Part shown: positions 36,459 through 46,354 of the stretch, one piece after another | Layout of the letters: every line of letters begins with the position of its first letter | Position numbering within the stretch: the stretch's first letter is position 1 | NCBI GenBank assembly: GCA_964350985.1 | Contig: CAYGLK010000001.1 | Coordinates: forward strand, 91,018 to 155,017 | From: an uncultured Candidatus Saccharibacteria bacterium | GTDB taxonomy: Bacteria > Patescibacteriota > Minisyncoccia > Phycocordibacterales > UBA918 | Direction: 5' to 3' | Length of the DNA stretch: 64,000 nucleotides | Program-made: the position numbers and the translations under genes | The notes under the pieces: model-generated | The model's database searches: none | What the model was told of the DNA's origin: nothing | Seen by the model: only the letters and a program-made list of their open reading frames with translations

Positions 36459-37721
36459 TTATTTTAGGATTAATTTAATTATATTTTCAAGAGTGTCTTT
36501 TGTTTCAGTTTCTGAAACCAGGTTTTTTAGAGTGAAAACTTGGCTAGCGACTTCCTCTTCGCCAACAATGACAACAAAACTACTACCTTGACTGACTGCT
36601 CCGGCAATCTTCTTGCCAATCTTTTTGTTACTAATATCAGTAGTGACACTAAGGCCTGCTTCGCGTATTAGCTTGGCTAGTTTTTGACTCTCTAGGTTTT
36701 GCTCAGTGTCAGTAGGAATTACAGTGACAAATGCCCCTGTCTTAGTTACAGATTCTGGTAGAAGATCATGTGTTTCTAGAAAATCTCGCATAGTCACGTC
36801 ACCCATACCAAAACCAATTCCTGGGATAGCGTCATCACTAAACATGGCAGTTAAGTTGTCGTAGCGACCACCCCCTAACATCGAGCGATTATTGTCAGGA
36901 TGTTTATCAACTATTTCAAAAATCGTACCGGTGTAGTAGTTGAAACCACGAGCTATGGATCGGTCAATTTTTACATTGTGTATTCCTAGCGCAGCTAGCG
37001 CTTTAGTAACCTGGTTTTCGCCACTAGTATTCTCTACTAATTCTGTGACTTTTGGTATTAATTCGTCATTATTTAGAATAAAAGATAATGTTTCTCGGTA
37101 TTGTTCTTTTGAAATTTTCTTCTTGAGGTCGTTAAGTTTACTGAGTTGGTTGATTTTTTCATTATCAGTAATACCAATTTGGTTGTAGAGCTCTGCCATT
37201 TCGCGACGGTCATTTATTAGAATTTCAAACATTTCTGGAGTAGCACCAAAATCAATAAATAGTTGGTACGCCAAGACTATCAGTTCAACATCTGAAGAAA
37301 TATGGTCTGAGCCAAATAAATCACAGTTCAGCTGCCAGTGTTCTCGTAAACGTCCGCGCTGAGGACGTTCATAACGATAGAGACTAGGTATAGAGTACCA
37401 GCGTAAAGGGAAGTTTAGTTCACGTCGTTTGCCAGCCACCATACGAGCTACGGTCGGAGTCATCTCTGGACGAAGAGTAACTTCTCTATCTCCACGATCA
37501 GTAAAAGTATAGGTCTGTTCATTAACTATTTCTTCACTTTCAGAACCTTTTGCTTTGTATAAGGCAGCTGGTTCAAGGATTGAAGCATCGTAGCGCTCAT
37601 AGCCAAAAGACTCAGCTGTTTTTGACCAAGTATCAAAAATATATCTTTGAACCGCCATCTCTTTAGGGTAGAAATCCCTTACTCCTTTATATGATTCAGT
37701 AGACTGGTGTTCTTTTTTCAT
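36459..37721 (-). CDS. hisS: histidine--tRNA ligase
   Basis: GVRDFYPKEM and RYERPQRGRLREHWQ class II motifs. Confidence 0.9.
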   Translation of the reverse strand: MKKEHQSTESYKGVRDFYPKEMAVQRYIFDTWSKTAESFGYERYDASILEPAALYKAKGSESEEIVNEQTYTFTDRGDREVTLRPEMTPTVARMVAGKRRELNFPLRWYSIPSLYRYERPQRGRLREHWQLNCDLFGSDHISSDVELIVLAYQLFIDFGATPEMFEILINDRREMAELYNQIGITDNEKINQLSKLNDLKKKISKEQYRETLSFILNNDELIPKVTELVENTSGENQVTKALAALGIHNVKIDRSIARGFNYYTGTIFEIVDKHPDNNRSMLGGGRYDNLTAMFSDDAIPGIGFGMGDVTMRDFLETHDLLPESVTKTGAFVTVIPTDTEQNLESQKLAKLIREAGLSVTTDISNKKIGKKIAGAVSQGSSFVVIVGEEEVASQVFTLKNLVSETETKDTLENIIKLILK

Positions 37722-37766
37722 AAAGTGATTGTATTTTAGTAGGCGGGGTAATGCAAGTAAGGGTGA

Positions 37767-38351
37767 TTATTCAATATCTACACCACGCAATGATTGCAGT
37801 CTTTCATCCATTGCTTTTTGAATAGTAGATTGTAGTTCACGAGGATCAGGTAAGCCCACGGAGACAAAGTTGCTTTCAGCTGCACTGGCAGTTTGAGCTC
37901 TAAGTGTTCCATAGTTCAGAAAAGTAGGAATAATACCTTTGATAGTTACTTTTATATCTTGCAGACGTTCCAGTCTAAAACTACTAACTTTACGGTTAAA
38001 GAAGTGCACTTGATCAACTGTAATAATCCTTCTGTCAGTAATAATCCAAAGATCAAGAAAGTAATGAGTCCAGATCATAAAAGCAGATAAGCTGATCATT
38101 AAAGTCCAAAACAAAGCTGCAAAAATAAAAATTGCTTCGTAGTCTAGGATTAAGCTGGTAATGGCGCTAGTGTTAGGGATTAGGAAAAGAAAGCTAAAAA
38201 TTAATATTGGAATGAAAATTAAAAAGATAGTAGCCGCTAGTTCAGTTACAATAATAAACCAATGTTTTCTGACAACTTTTAATACCGCTTCTGACTCCTC
38301 TAATTCTATCTTCTCAAATAACATAAATTTATATATAAAGAGTAGTAACAC
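37767..38351 (-). CDS. membrane protein with bacterial PH (YdbT-like) domain
   Basis: Two N-terminal TM helices followed by a soluble domain resembling bPH_2. Confidence 0.45.
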   Translation of the reverse strand: MLLLFIYKFMLFEKIELEESEAVLKVVRKHWFIIVTELAATIFLIFIPILIFSFLFLIPNTSAITSLILDYEAIFIFAALFWTLMISLSAFMIWTHYFLDLWIITDRRIITVDQVHFFNRKVSSFRLERLQDIKVTIKGIIPTFLNYGTLRAQTASAAESNFVSVGLPDPRELQSTIQKAMDERLQSLRGVDIE

Positions 38352-38544
38352 CTAAAGCTATCAGTAAAGGAATGTTTGTTGCTAAATAGAGGATAAGAGT
38401 AATGCTGGAAACCTTGGTGTCAGGACTGTATGAGTTCCAGTGGTAATACATTATTAAAGAAAAGATAACAAAAATAAACGCAGACAAGTAAAAAACTAGC
38501 ATAGCTACTGTTTGCAGAGAAATAGTTAGTACTATCTGTTCCAT
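38329..38544 (-). CDS. small membrane protein (71 aa)
   Basis: Two predicted TM helices. 3' end overlaps the downstream gene start by 23 nt. Confidence 0.35.
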   Translation of the reverse strand: MEQIVLTISLQTVAMLVFYLSAFIFVIFSLIMYYHWNSYSPDTKVSSITLILYLATNIPLLIALGVTTLYI

Positions 38545-38550
38545 ATCAGT

Positions 38551-39333
38551 TTATTGTAGCACTAGTTTAGAGAAGCGATCTAGGCCGTATTGGTCTTTTT
38601 GGGTACTACAATCAAATTTTTCTTTAGCTAAATCTGCAATATCATCAGTTTGTTCTGGCTCATGTTCAATCCAGAGTTGGCCACCAGGGTTTAAAAAGTC
38701 TCCCGCTTCTTTAACAATTCGTTTGATTAACTCTAACCCATGATCACCGCCATAAAGTGCTAGCTTGGGTTCGTGGTTTTTCACAGAACTTTCTGTTCGA
38801 TCGAGCATGGGATCTATGTATGGTGGATTACTAACAATAAAATCGTATGTTGCTAATTTGTCCGAAAAAGCAAGATCAAATAAATCTCCTGATAAAATCC
38901 TGGTTCTATCCAGATCAATCTCATTTAATTGAGCGTTCTTGGTAATAGTTGGTAAGTGGGCCATGTCGACTTCAATAAAATCCACCTGACTTTCTGGGAT
39001 TGCCTTAGCAATGGCAATCCCAATACAACCGCTACCAGCACAAAGGTCGAGTATTTTTATTGGTTTATCGTCAGACCTATTTAGGGATTTAATTTCTTCT
39101 ATGACTTTTTCAACCCAAAACTCCGTTTCTGTTCTTGGAATAAGTGGTCTAGAAGTTAGTGAAATTTTAGTGTTAAGAAAAGGAACGAAGCCGATGATAA
39201 AAGCCAAAGGAGTACCGTCTTTAAGTTTTTCGACGTCCTCAAGGAAAGCGTCAGTTTTTTCTCCTTGATATTTTTCTTGGAGTAGCCAATTAATCTCTTG
39301 TTCAATATTCATATCTTCTAAATAATTTAGCAC
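38551..39333 (-). CDS. prmC: release factor glutamine N5-methyltransferase
   Basis: LDLCAGSGCIG SAM-binding motif and the VSNPPY catalytic motif. Confidence 0.8.
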   Translation of the reverse strand: MLNYLEDMNIEQEINWLLQEKYQGEKTDAFLEDVEKLKDGTPLAFIIGFVPFLNTKISLTSRPLIPRTETEFWVEKVIEEIKSLNRSDDKPIKILDLCAGSGCIGIAIAKAIPESQVDFIEVDMAHLPTITKNAQLNEIDLDRTRILSGDLFDLAFSDKLATYDFIVSNPPYIDPMLDRTESSVKNHEPKLALYGGDHGLELIKRIVKEAGDFLNPGGQLWIEHEPEQTDDIADLAKEKFDCSTQKDQYGLDRFSKLVLQ

Positions 39334-39421
39334 AAAATATCACAAGAATCTTTTATTTAGTTATTAGTTGCCAACACTATGGTCTGTGGTTCAAATATTA
39401 TTTTGCTACACTTATTATATT

Positions 39422-40450
39422 ATGAAAAAGAATACAAAACTTTACGAAACAGTAGCGGCGATGATGGCTTCAGGGAAAGGAATTTTAGCAGCGGATGAAA
39501 GTGATTCTACAGCTGGCAAGCGGTTAGAGATGGTTCATCTGCCAAACGAACCAGAAAACAGGCAGGACTTTAGAGAGATTTTATTTACTGCTCCAGGGAT
39601 CGAAGAATATCTTTCAGGTGTCATTATGTATGATTCTTCAATCAAGAATTTTACTGACGATGGAACTCCATTCCCAGATGTTTTGATTTCAAAGGGAATT
39701 GTCCCTGGGATTAAAGTAGATATGGGAACTGTAGACCTGCAAGGTTTTAAAGGGGAAGTAGTTACTCAAGGGCTCGATAACTTAGCAGAGCGATTTGCTG
39801 AGTACTATGACCTTGGCGCACGTTTTGCAAAATGGAGAGCAGTTATCACTATCGATGAAGAAGAGTCGCCAACTGACGCTTCTATCACCATGAACTGTAT
39901 GATGTTGGCGCGTTATGCCCAGATTGCTCAAGAGGCGGGTATTGTGCCTATGGTAGAGCCAGAAGTAATCTTTGCCGGTGATCATACTCTAGCAAGAGCA
40001 GAAATGGTAACCACGAGAACACTGCAAATTCTTTTTCACACTCTACAGACTTACAAAGTAGATCTAGAAGGTCTGATCTTGAAGTCTTCCATGGTCTTAG
40101 CTGGAGACATGTGTCCAGATCAATCAACTCCAGAACAAGTTGCTAACGCTACACTGCGAACCTTCCACCTATCTGTGCCACATGAAGTGGGAGGAATCGT
40201 TTTCCTTTCTGGTGGTCAGACTGCAAAGCGAGCTACTGAAAACCTAAACACAATGGCAAAGCTTGGTGAACAACCGTGGCCAATTACTTTCTCGTTCTCA
40301 AGAGCGATTGAAGAACCAGTTCTACTTGCTTGGCAAGGTAAGCCTGAAAATGTCAATGAAGCTAAGAAGACTTTGCTTCACGCTTGTAAGATGAATAGTC
40401 TGGCTACTCAGGGGAAGTATGATGCAGCAGCTGATACTGTCCTTAAGTAG
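39422..40450 (+). CDS. fba: fructose-bisphosphate aldolase, class I
   Basis: GILAADES signature and lysine-Schiff-base region. Start at the internal Met MKKNTKLYE. Confidence 0.85.
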   Translation: MKKNTKLYETVAAMMASGKGILAADESDSTAGKRLEMVHLPNEPENRQDFREILFTAPGIEEYLSGVIMYDSSIKNFTDDGTPFPDVLISKGIVPGIKVDMGTVDLQGFKGEVVTQGLDNLAERFAEYYDLGARFAKWRAVITIDEEESPTDASITMNCMMLARYAQIAQEAGIVPMVEPEVIFAGDHTLARAEMVTTRTLQILFHTLQTYKVDLEGLILKSSMVLAGDMCPDQSTPEQVANATLRTFHLSVPHEVGGIVFLSGGQTAKRATENLNTMAKLGEQPWPITFSFSRAIEEPVLLAWQGKPENVNEAKKTLLHACKMNSLATQGKYDAAADTVLK

Positions 40451-40454
40451 GGTA

Positions 40455-40573
40455 AACCTACACAAACGGCACACTTCTTTGTTGTCCTGCGTAAAATATT
40501 ACTCACCGTACATTTAAGTATGGCTCGTAACATTTGACTTGGACGCCTTGAATTGCACTCGTTTGAGCAGGTC
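40455..40573 (+). repeat. stem-closed conserved element L2 (paralog of L1) directly after fba
   Basis: 5' ACCTACACAAACG pairs with 3' CGTTTGAGCAGGT. Interior CACAYTTCTTYGTTGTCCKGCGTAAAATATTMCTCACCGTACA is shared with L1. Confidence 0.5.
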
Positions 40574-40596
40574 CAATAAAGAAAAAATAGAAAACA

Positions 40597-40625
40597 GAAA
40601 TAACAAAAAAGTCCCCGTAAGGGGA
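40597..40625. terminator. bidirectional terminator
   Basis: AAAAAAGTCCCCGTAAGGGGACTTTTT. Confidence 0.65.
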
Positions 40626-40691
40626 CTTTTTGGAGATGACTCGGCTATTTATTACGAGTTATGACCTTTTTCTTAGTTTTAGAACTCGAGT

Positions 40692-40805
40692 TCCAGCGAT
40701 TTTCTCAAGGAGAGAAAAAATCGGGAACAAAGTAAAAAGATCCACCCAACCTTAATTCGCAGTAAACTGACGAAGTAAGGTTGGGTGGAATCAGGGTGTT
40801 TTTTC
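40692..40805 (+). repeat. degenerate copy of the GTTCC...GGAAC hairpin plus an adjacent 13-bp-stem hairpin with T-run
   Basis: GTTCCAGCGATTTTCTCAAGGAGAGAAAAAATCGGGAAC is homologous to 9710-9748. Then CCACCCAACCTTA...TAAGGTTGGGTGG followed by GGGTGTTTTTT. Confidence 0.5.
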
Positions 40806-40887
40806 TAGCAGCTGAAACGGCTCCGCCGCTACTTATATTTTGTCCATTCAAACTCACTGCAAACAGATGAGTTATTCTGGACGAACT

Positions 40888-40915
40888 AGTAAACAAAAAG
40901 CCCCTAAGGGGCTAA
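40888..40915 (-). terminator. terminator downstream of rpmG
   Basis: Minus-strand GCCCCTTAGGGGC followed by TTTTTGTTT. Confidence 0.6.
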
Positions 40916-40918
40916 TGT

Positions 40919-41098
40919 TTACTTTTTCTGTTTGTAGACAGTGTGTGTCTTAGAAATTGGATTAAATTTCTTAGTTTCGTACTTCTTGCTAGGGTCTTTT
41001 TTGACCTTGTTGTTAAAACGAGTGTAGTAAGTATGACCTTTTCCAACACCTTTCTTATCTCCAACAGAGACCAATTTGACTAGTAAATCTTGTGACAT
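40919..41098 (-). CDS. rpmG: 50S ribosomal protein L33
   Basis: KKYETKKFNPISKTHTVYKQKK matches the L33 C-terminus (ELKKFDPV..H.VYKE). Start at an internal Met of the ORF-track ORF. Confidence 0.7.
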   Translation of the reverse strand: MSQDLLVKLVSVGDKKGVGKGHTYYTRFNNKVKKDPSKKYETKKFNPISKTHTVYKQKK

Positions 41099-41202
41099 AG
41101 TGGCTCCGATTCTAGCAAATAAAGCAGTTTTAGTCAATTAGTTTACTATTGGTTTAAAACACTATGATATAATTTCAACATTACTTAGTTAGTAGCTATT
41201 TT

Positions 41203-43113
41203 ATGAACCTCACCCTAAAACACCCCCTAACTGCCAAACTAGGACTATCTCTCTTCCTACTCTACCTACTCTTCTCTAGAAGTGCTGTAAAACAAGCAGA
41301 AGCTGCTCCAGTAGCTACAGACTGTAGTCTACCTCTAGATACAGAAGACGGAGAGTACTTCTTATCTGGTAATGTAGTCGGAAACTGTGTTATTACTGCT
41401 AACAACGTTACTATTGATGGACTTGATCTCTATGAGATTAATGGGGATGTTTTAGCTACAAATGCATCTACTACTCAAGATTCTTTTGACATTGTTTTGC
41501 AGAATGTTCTTGTTACTGGTGATGTAAATTCAGTTGGAGCTACTAGCCTTCTGCTTAGTCGTGGTGGAGACATTGATATTACAAACTCTGAAGTACAAGG
41601 TGATATATTAGCAATGGGAGGAACAACAAGTTATTACGGCTTTGTTAATTATTCTGATGGTGGTGTAGTTACTATTACAGATTCTGAAGTAGCTAATATA
41701 AATACAAGTGGAGGGACTAATTTAAATTCCGGTTACGGTTATTATGGTGGAAGGGGAGGAAATGTCACGATTACTGATTCTGATGCAGGTAATATAACTG
41801 CAAATGGTATTGCGAGTTATTTCGGCACCCGTGGAGGAGCAATAGATGTTTCAGATTCAACAGTAGGAGACATTGAGAACGTTGGAGGTGATGGTGATGT
41901 TTCAGGTTATTACGGTGGAAAGGGAGGAGACGTCACTATTACTAATTCTGTCAGCGGGACTATTCTTAATAGAGGCGGAGACGGTGTTACCGCGGGAGAC
42001 GGTGGAGACATAACGATTACTGATGAATCATTTACTGGAGACATCAATGGTTTTGGTGGCGATAGTCTAGGTGTTGCAGATAGTTTTGGAGCTGGTGGAA
42101 GTGGAGGTGCTCTTGTAATCACTGACTCAGAAGCAGGAAATATAAACATCTCTGGAGGTTATATAGATAACGGGTATGGTCATGGTGGAGACGCTACAAT
42201 TACTCGTTCTACAGTTGGAACTGTAACTTCAAATGGAGGGGACGCTTATGATGGAGGAGGAAATGGTGGAGATATGATAATCACTGACTCTACAGTCGGC
42301 ACTGTAAGTTCTCTGGGTGGAGATGGTTATGGATCTGATGGTAATCCAGGAGTTTTAACTCTCACAGACAACGTTCCAACTATCACTGCTCCTGACACCA
42401 CCATCGCTTTTTCTGACACTTTCAGTCCACTAAGTGGAGTAACTGCCACTGACCTCAAAGACGGTAACCTCATCGCTAGTACAACCGCTTCAGGCACAGT
42501 CGCTGTAGCCGCCGGAATATATCCTATAGAATACGAAGTAACAGACTTAGGTACCTCTTTCTTATTTAACTCTGTCGCTACCAGTACTGGTCCAAACACC
42601 ACCACTCTAACCAGACTAGTCACCAGAGAGGCACAAGTATCTTCAGGCGGAGGTGGTGGAGGAAGTAGTACCTCAATTAAGCGTCGAGTGGATGTATTAA
42701 CCAGAGAAGGTGAGGTAGAAAGAGCAGAAGATATTAAAGAAGCACACCCAAGATTCTTTGATAATGTTACCGTCACTCCAACTTTAACTAGCTTCATTAA
42801 TCAAAACCGAGCAATCTTTATCACTGCTCTTGACTTAGGTATAGAACTACCTGAGTTCATCCTGACAATTATCGGCACCAAGCCAGCTTTTTCTCTACCG
42901 ACTCGCGATCTAGATCTAGATATGGAAGGACTAGATGTTGCACAACTCCAAAACTACTTGATCAACAAGGGTTACTCTATCCCAGCTGGATCAACTGGTT
43001 ACTTTGGTACTCAAACCCAATCAGCTTTAGCTCGCTTTCAAGCTGACCACAACATCACACCAGCAGCGGGGTATTATGGACCGAAGACGAGAGCATATCT
43101 CCAAGTTAACTAA
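41203..43113 (+). CDS. secreted Gly-rich repeat surface protein with C-terminal peptidoglycan-binding (PG_binding_1) domain
   Basis: Signal peptide. Then ~9 repeats of ~27-30 aa with core GG(D/N)(V/I)TITDS..G(N/D)I. An Ig/HYR-like segment (PTITAPDTTIAFSDT...YPIEYEVTDLG). A Gly6 linker. C-terminal LDVAQLQNYLINKGY...GYFGTQTQSALARFQADHNITPAAGYYGPKT. Confidence 0.7.
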   Translation: MNLTLKHPLTAKLGLSLFLLYLLFSRSAVKQAEAAPVATDCSLPLDTEDGEYFLSGNVVGNCVITANNVTIDGLDLYEINGDVLATNASTTQDSFDIVLQNVLVTGDVNSVGATSLLLSRGGDIDITNSEVQGDILAMGGTTSYYGFVNYSDGGVVTITDSEVANINTSGGTNLNSGYGYYGGRGGNVTITDSDAGNITANGIASYFGTRGGAIDVSDSTVGDIENVGGDGDVSGYYGGKGGDVTITNSVSGTILNRGGDGVTAGDGGDITITDESFTGDINGFGGDSLGVADSFGAGGSGGALVITDSEAGNINISGGYIDNGYGHGGDATITRSTVGTVTSNGGDAYDGGGNGGDMIITDSTVGTVSSLGGDGYGSDGNPGVLTLTDNVPTITAPDTTIAFSDTFSPLSGVTATDLKDGNLIASTTASGTVAVAAGIYPIEYEVTDLGTSFLFNSVATSTGPNTTTLTRLVTREAQVSSGGGGGGSSTSIKRRVDVLTREGEVERAEDIKEAHPRFFDNVTVTPTLTSFINQNRAIFITALDLGIELPEFILTIIGTKPAFSLPTRDLDLDMEGLDVAQLQNYLINKGYSIPAGSTGYFGTQTQSALARFQADHNITPAAGYYGPKTRAYLQVN

Positions 43114-43184
43114 AATCCTAGGGAGACAAAGCCTTTGAGTCGACTCAAAGGTTTTATCTTAAATTATCACTTAAACACAAAGAG

Positions 43185-43210
43185 TTTATCTATCATTGAG
43201 GATAGATAAA
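43185..43210. promoter_or_regulatory. palindromic operator site e, same family as the sites at 24880-25492
   Basis: TTTATCTATC-ATTGAG-GATAGATAAA, ~170 bp upstream of the glycosyltransferase gene. Confidence 0.55.
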
Positions 43211-43379
43211 ATTAAATTTACATAGGACTTTCCTATGTCTTTAATTAGCTTCAGAAATTATTTTTTGACTCCAAGTATTCAACAATATTTTCTAATATTC
43301 TGGACTCGAATATTCGGCTGCGTGTTATCATAAATGTGAGCTGTTTTTTTAAATTTTAATATTTTCAGCTTGGTAAATA

Positions 43380-44603
43380 ATGAAAGTACTAACATTTGGT
43401 TGGGACTTTCCGCCATCTAAAAATGGCGGTTTAGGTGTAGCGTGTTTTGGTCTAACACGAGAGCTGATCCACGAAGGTGTGGAAGTTATTTTTGTATTGC
43501 CAAAAAAACAAGAGACTATTGGGAATACTAGATTTGTCTTTGCTGACTTGGCTAAGAATGTTTCAGTCAGAGAAGTAGATTCATTGCTACAGCCATACAA
43601 TGCTGCCGCTAGTGAAGTTCAGTATATCGAGTCATATGATAGTAATGGAAATCCGATTATTAAATCAAGAACAATTCTAGATGAAGTACATCGTTTTGCT
43701 CACCAGGCCTCATTGATCGCCAAGCAAGAAAATTTTGATATCATTCACGCCCATGATTGGACTTCCTTCTTAGCTGGAGTTGCTGCAAAAAGATCAAGTG
43801 GTAAACCGTTGATTTTGCATGTTCACGCCACATCTTTTGATCAGGCTGCTGGTGAAAACGTTGATCCAAGTATTTTTAAAATAGAATGTGAGAGTTTTGC
43901 AGAAGCAGATAGAATTGTAACTGTTAGTCAATTTACAAAAAATATTTTAATAAATAAACACGGAGTCAGTTCAGAAAAAATAGAAGTTGTGCATAATGGT
44001 TGTGATACAAATGAACCCGTGCGTTACGAACCAACCTTGTCGGCTCTTAAAGCACAAAATAAAAAAATCGTTCTTTATCATGGACGAATTACTATTCAAA
44101 AAGGGGTGGACTATTTTATTAAAGCGGCTAGAAGAGTAGTAGATATGGATCCAGATGTTATTTTTGTTATTTCCGGTTGGGGTGATATGACAAATCAGAT
44201 TATCAATCAAGTAGGGGAATCAGGTCTCTCTCAACATGTTATTTTTGCCGGCTCATTATGGGAAGAAGAAAGAGATCAGATGTATCAAAGTGTAGATTTA
44301 TTAGTCATGCCTTCAGTATCTGAGCCGTTTGGCCTGGTGCCACTTGAGGCCTTGCAGCACGGAACAGCTTCACTGATATCTAAGCAGTCTGGAGTGGCAG
44401 AAGTTTTAAGTCATGTTCTTAAGGTGGATTTCTGGGACGTTGATCAAATGGCTAACCAGATTTTGTCTGCTTTACGTTACCCGGTACTGCGGTCTCAGAT
44501 TGTTAAAGAGGGCAAGAGGGAGTTATTGAAAATGTCTTGGAAAGAGGCTGCAAACAAGATCTACACGCTTTATAAAAATTTGATAAACTACTTAACAACC
44601 TAG
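43380..44603 (+). CDS. glycogen synthase-like glycosyltransferase (archaeal-type GT5/GT4)
   Basis: N-terminal KNGGLGVA corresponds to the K-x-GGL motif of starch/glycogen synthases. C-terminal GT1-type Rossmann half (VMPSVSEPFGLVPLEAL). Confidence 0.75.
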   Translation: MKVLTFGWDFPPSKNGGLGVACFGLTRELIHEGVEVIFVLPKKQETIGNTRFVFADLAKNVSVREVDSLLQPYNAAASEVQYIESYDSNGNPIIKSRTILDEVHRFAHQASLIAKQENFDIIHAHDWTSFLAGVAAKRSSGKPLILHVHATSFDQAAGENVDPSIFKIECESFAEADRIVTVSQFTKNILINKHGVSSEKIEVVHNGCDTNEPVRYEPTLSALKAQNKKIVLYHGRITIQKGVDYFIKAARRVVDMDPDVIFVISGWGDMTNQIINQVGESGLSQHVIFAGSLWEEERDQMYQSVDLLVMPSVSEPFGLVPLEALQHGTASLISKQSGVAEVLSHVLKVDFWDVDQMANQILSALRYPVLRSQIVKEGKRELLKMSWKEAANKIYTLYKNLINYLTT

Positions 44604-44609
44604 TATCTC

Positions 44610-45998
44610 ATGTTAAGTATCTGTCCTTATTTCCACGTTCATCAACCTTACCGGATAAAAAAATATCGGGTTTTTGATATTGGAAATGATAATGAGTACT
44701 TTAATGATGGTTCAGAAACAGATCTCAATAACCGCCGGATTATTGAGAAGGTAGCCAATAAATCTTATCGACCAACAAACAAAATCCTACAAGAACTTTT
44801 AGATAATCATCCGGAGTTTCGTTTTGCTTTATCGTTTTCAGGAACAGTCTTAGATCAGTTTGAAGCTTACGCACCCGACGTACTGGAGTCATTTCAAAAA
44901 CTAGTTGCTAGTGGACGGGTAGAGATACTAGCCGACACTTACCATCACTCTTTAGCTTTCTTTTATTCTGTTCCGGAATTTGAGCGGCAAGTACTAAAGC
45001 ACCGTAAGAGAATAGAAGACCTCTTTGGAGTTACTCCAAAAGTGTTTAGAAATACTGAGCTTTCGTACAGGAATGATTTGGCAAAATGGTGTGAAGATAA
45101 TGGTTACATAGGCATCATGGCTGAGGGTTGGGAAAAATACCTTGGCTGGCGAAGTCCAAATTTTTTGTACCAACCACCTGGTTGCAAGAAAATAAAAGTC
45201 TTACTCAAGAACTATAAACTCTCAGACGATGTTGCTTTTCGTTTTAGTAACCAAGGCTGGGAAAGTTGGCCGCTTTCAGTTGAAACCTATACAGAGTGGA
45301 TTCATTCACACCATGGCTCAGCTGAAACTATCAATCTTTTCATGGACTATGAGACCTTTGGTGAACATCAATGGGAGGATACTGGTATCTTTAATTTTTT
45401 AAAGACGCTACCACACTTACTAACAACTAGAAGTGACACCTCTTTTAAAACACCAACCGAAACAATTCAACACTATGACTCAGTTGGAGAAATTGATGTT
45501 CCAGATATCTTGACTTGGGCTGACACAGATCGTGACCTGACAGCTTGGACTGGAAATGATATTCAACGAGACGCTATTAAGTCTATTTATTCAATTGAAC
45601 CTCAAGTTCTAAAAACTAGAAAGAAAGATTTGATTGAAAACTGGCGGAAACTTCAAACTTCTGATCACTTCTATTACATGTGTACTAAGTGGTCTAATGA
45701 CGGAGATGTGCACGCATATTTTAGTCCGTACCAATCCCCATATGACGCATATATCGCTTTCATGAATGCCCTAAGTGATTTACAATTAAGAGTAAGTCAC
45801 GCATTACTAGCAAAAGAAGAGCGTGCCAAAGAGCGAGCCTTAAAGAAAGAAAAAACAGTTGAATTTTCTACCCCAATACCTCCAGAAAAATCAATTGTTA
45901 TCAGTCCAAATATTTCATTCTGGCAAAAGCTCAAAGGAAAAATCAGTCAAAGTTTAAGTTGGATAAGTTCTTTAGTAGAAAAAGTAAAGCCAAAGTAA
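44610..45998 (+). CDS. glycoside hydrolase family 57 (alpha-amylase/branching-enzyme-like)
   Basis: CPYFHVHQPYR N-terminal GH57 motif; TYHHS and WTGND...E-containing blocks. Confidence 0.8.
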   Translation: MLSICPYFHVHQPYRIKKYRVFDIGNDNEYFNDGSETDLNNRRIIEKVANKSYRPTNKILQELLDNHPEFRFALSFSGTVLDQFEAYAPDVLESFQKLVASGRVEILADTYHHSLAFFYSVPEFERQVLKHRKRIEDLFGVTPKVFRNTELSYRNDLAKWCEDNGYIGIMAEGWEKYLGWRSPNFLYQPPGCKKIKVLLKNYKLSDDVAFRFSNQGWESWPLSVETYTEWIHSHHGSAETINLFMDYETFGEHQWEDTGIFNFLKTLPHLLTTRSDTSFKTPTETIQHYDSVGEIDVPDILTWADTDRDLTAWTGNDIQRDAIKSIYSIEPQVLKTRKKDLIENWRKLQTSDHFYYMCTKWSNDGDVHAYFSPYQSPYDAYIAFMNALSDLQLRVSHALLAKEERAKERALKKEKTVEFSTPIPPEKSIVISPNISFWQKLKGKISQSLSWISSLVEKVKPK

Positions 45999-46017
45999 AT
46001 AAATAGTTCATTATAAT

Positions 46018-46353
46018 ATGCCAAAAAAAGTTTCAGTGACCAAAAAAGCTGTGACCAAAAAAGCTGTCAAGAAAGATACTGCAAAGCGGTCTTTGGTTTA
46101 CGCAAGTAACAAGACATCTTTTTGGGTTAACGATGGCCGGATATTAAATAATTTAAAAGCATTAGAGGATGCTTTTAGTTCAATGAATGCTGAAACTTTT
46201 AAACACCATGTTACTAAAGAAAAAAACGACTTTGCTAACTGGGTAGATGCTGTCTTGGGAGATAGTGTTTGTGCTAACTCATTATTTAAAGCAAAAACAC
46301 CTAAGACCGCAAAAACAGCAGTCACCAAATGTCTAAAAAATTATTCACTGTAG
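46018..46353 (+). CDS. hypothetical Lys-rich small protein within the glycogen cluster
   Basis: 111-aa ORF between the GH57 and GH15 genes in the same orientation. Confidence 0.4.
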   Translation: MPKKVSVTKKAVTKKAVKKDTAKRSLVYASNKTSFWVNDGRILNNLKALEDAFSSMNAETFKHHVTKEKNDFANWVDAVLGDSVCANSLFKAKTPKTAKTAVTKCLKNYSL

Positions 46354-46354
46354 T

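Noticed and set aside
40705-40896. 63-aa minus-strand ORF
   Set aside because: It lies wholly within a hairpin-dense intergenic region (terminators and repeat copy). It has no RBS and no domain.
41500-42400. Periodic GGTGGAGA/ACTGATTC nucleotide repeats
   Set aside because: They are coding repeats of the Gly-rich surface protein. The antisense ORFs 41910-42149 and 42327-42797 are artefacts of the repeat.
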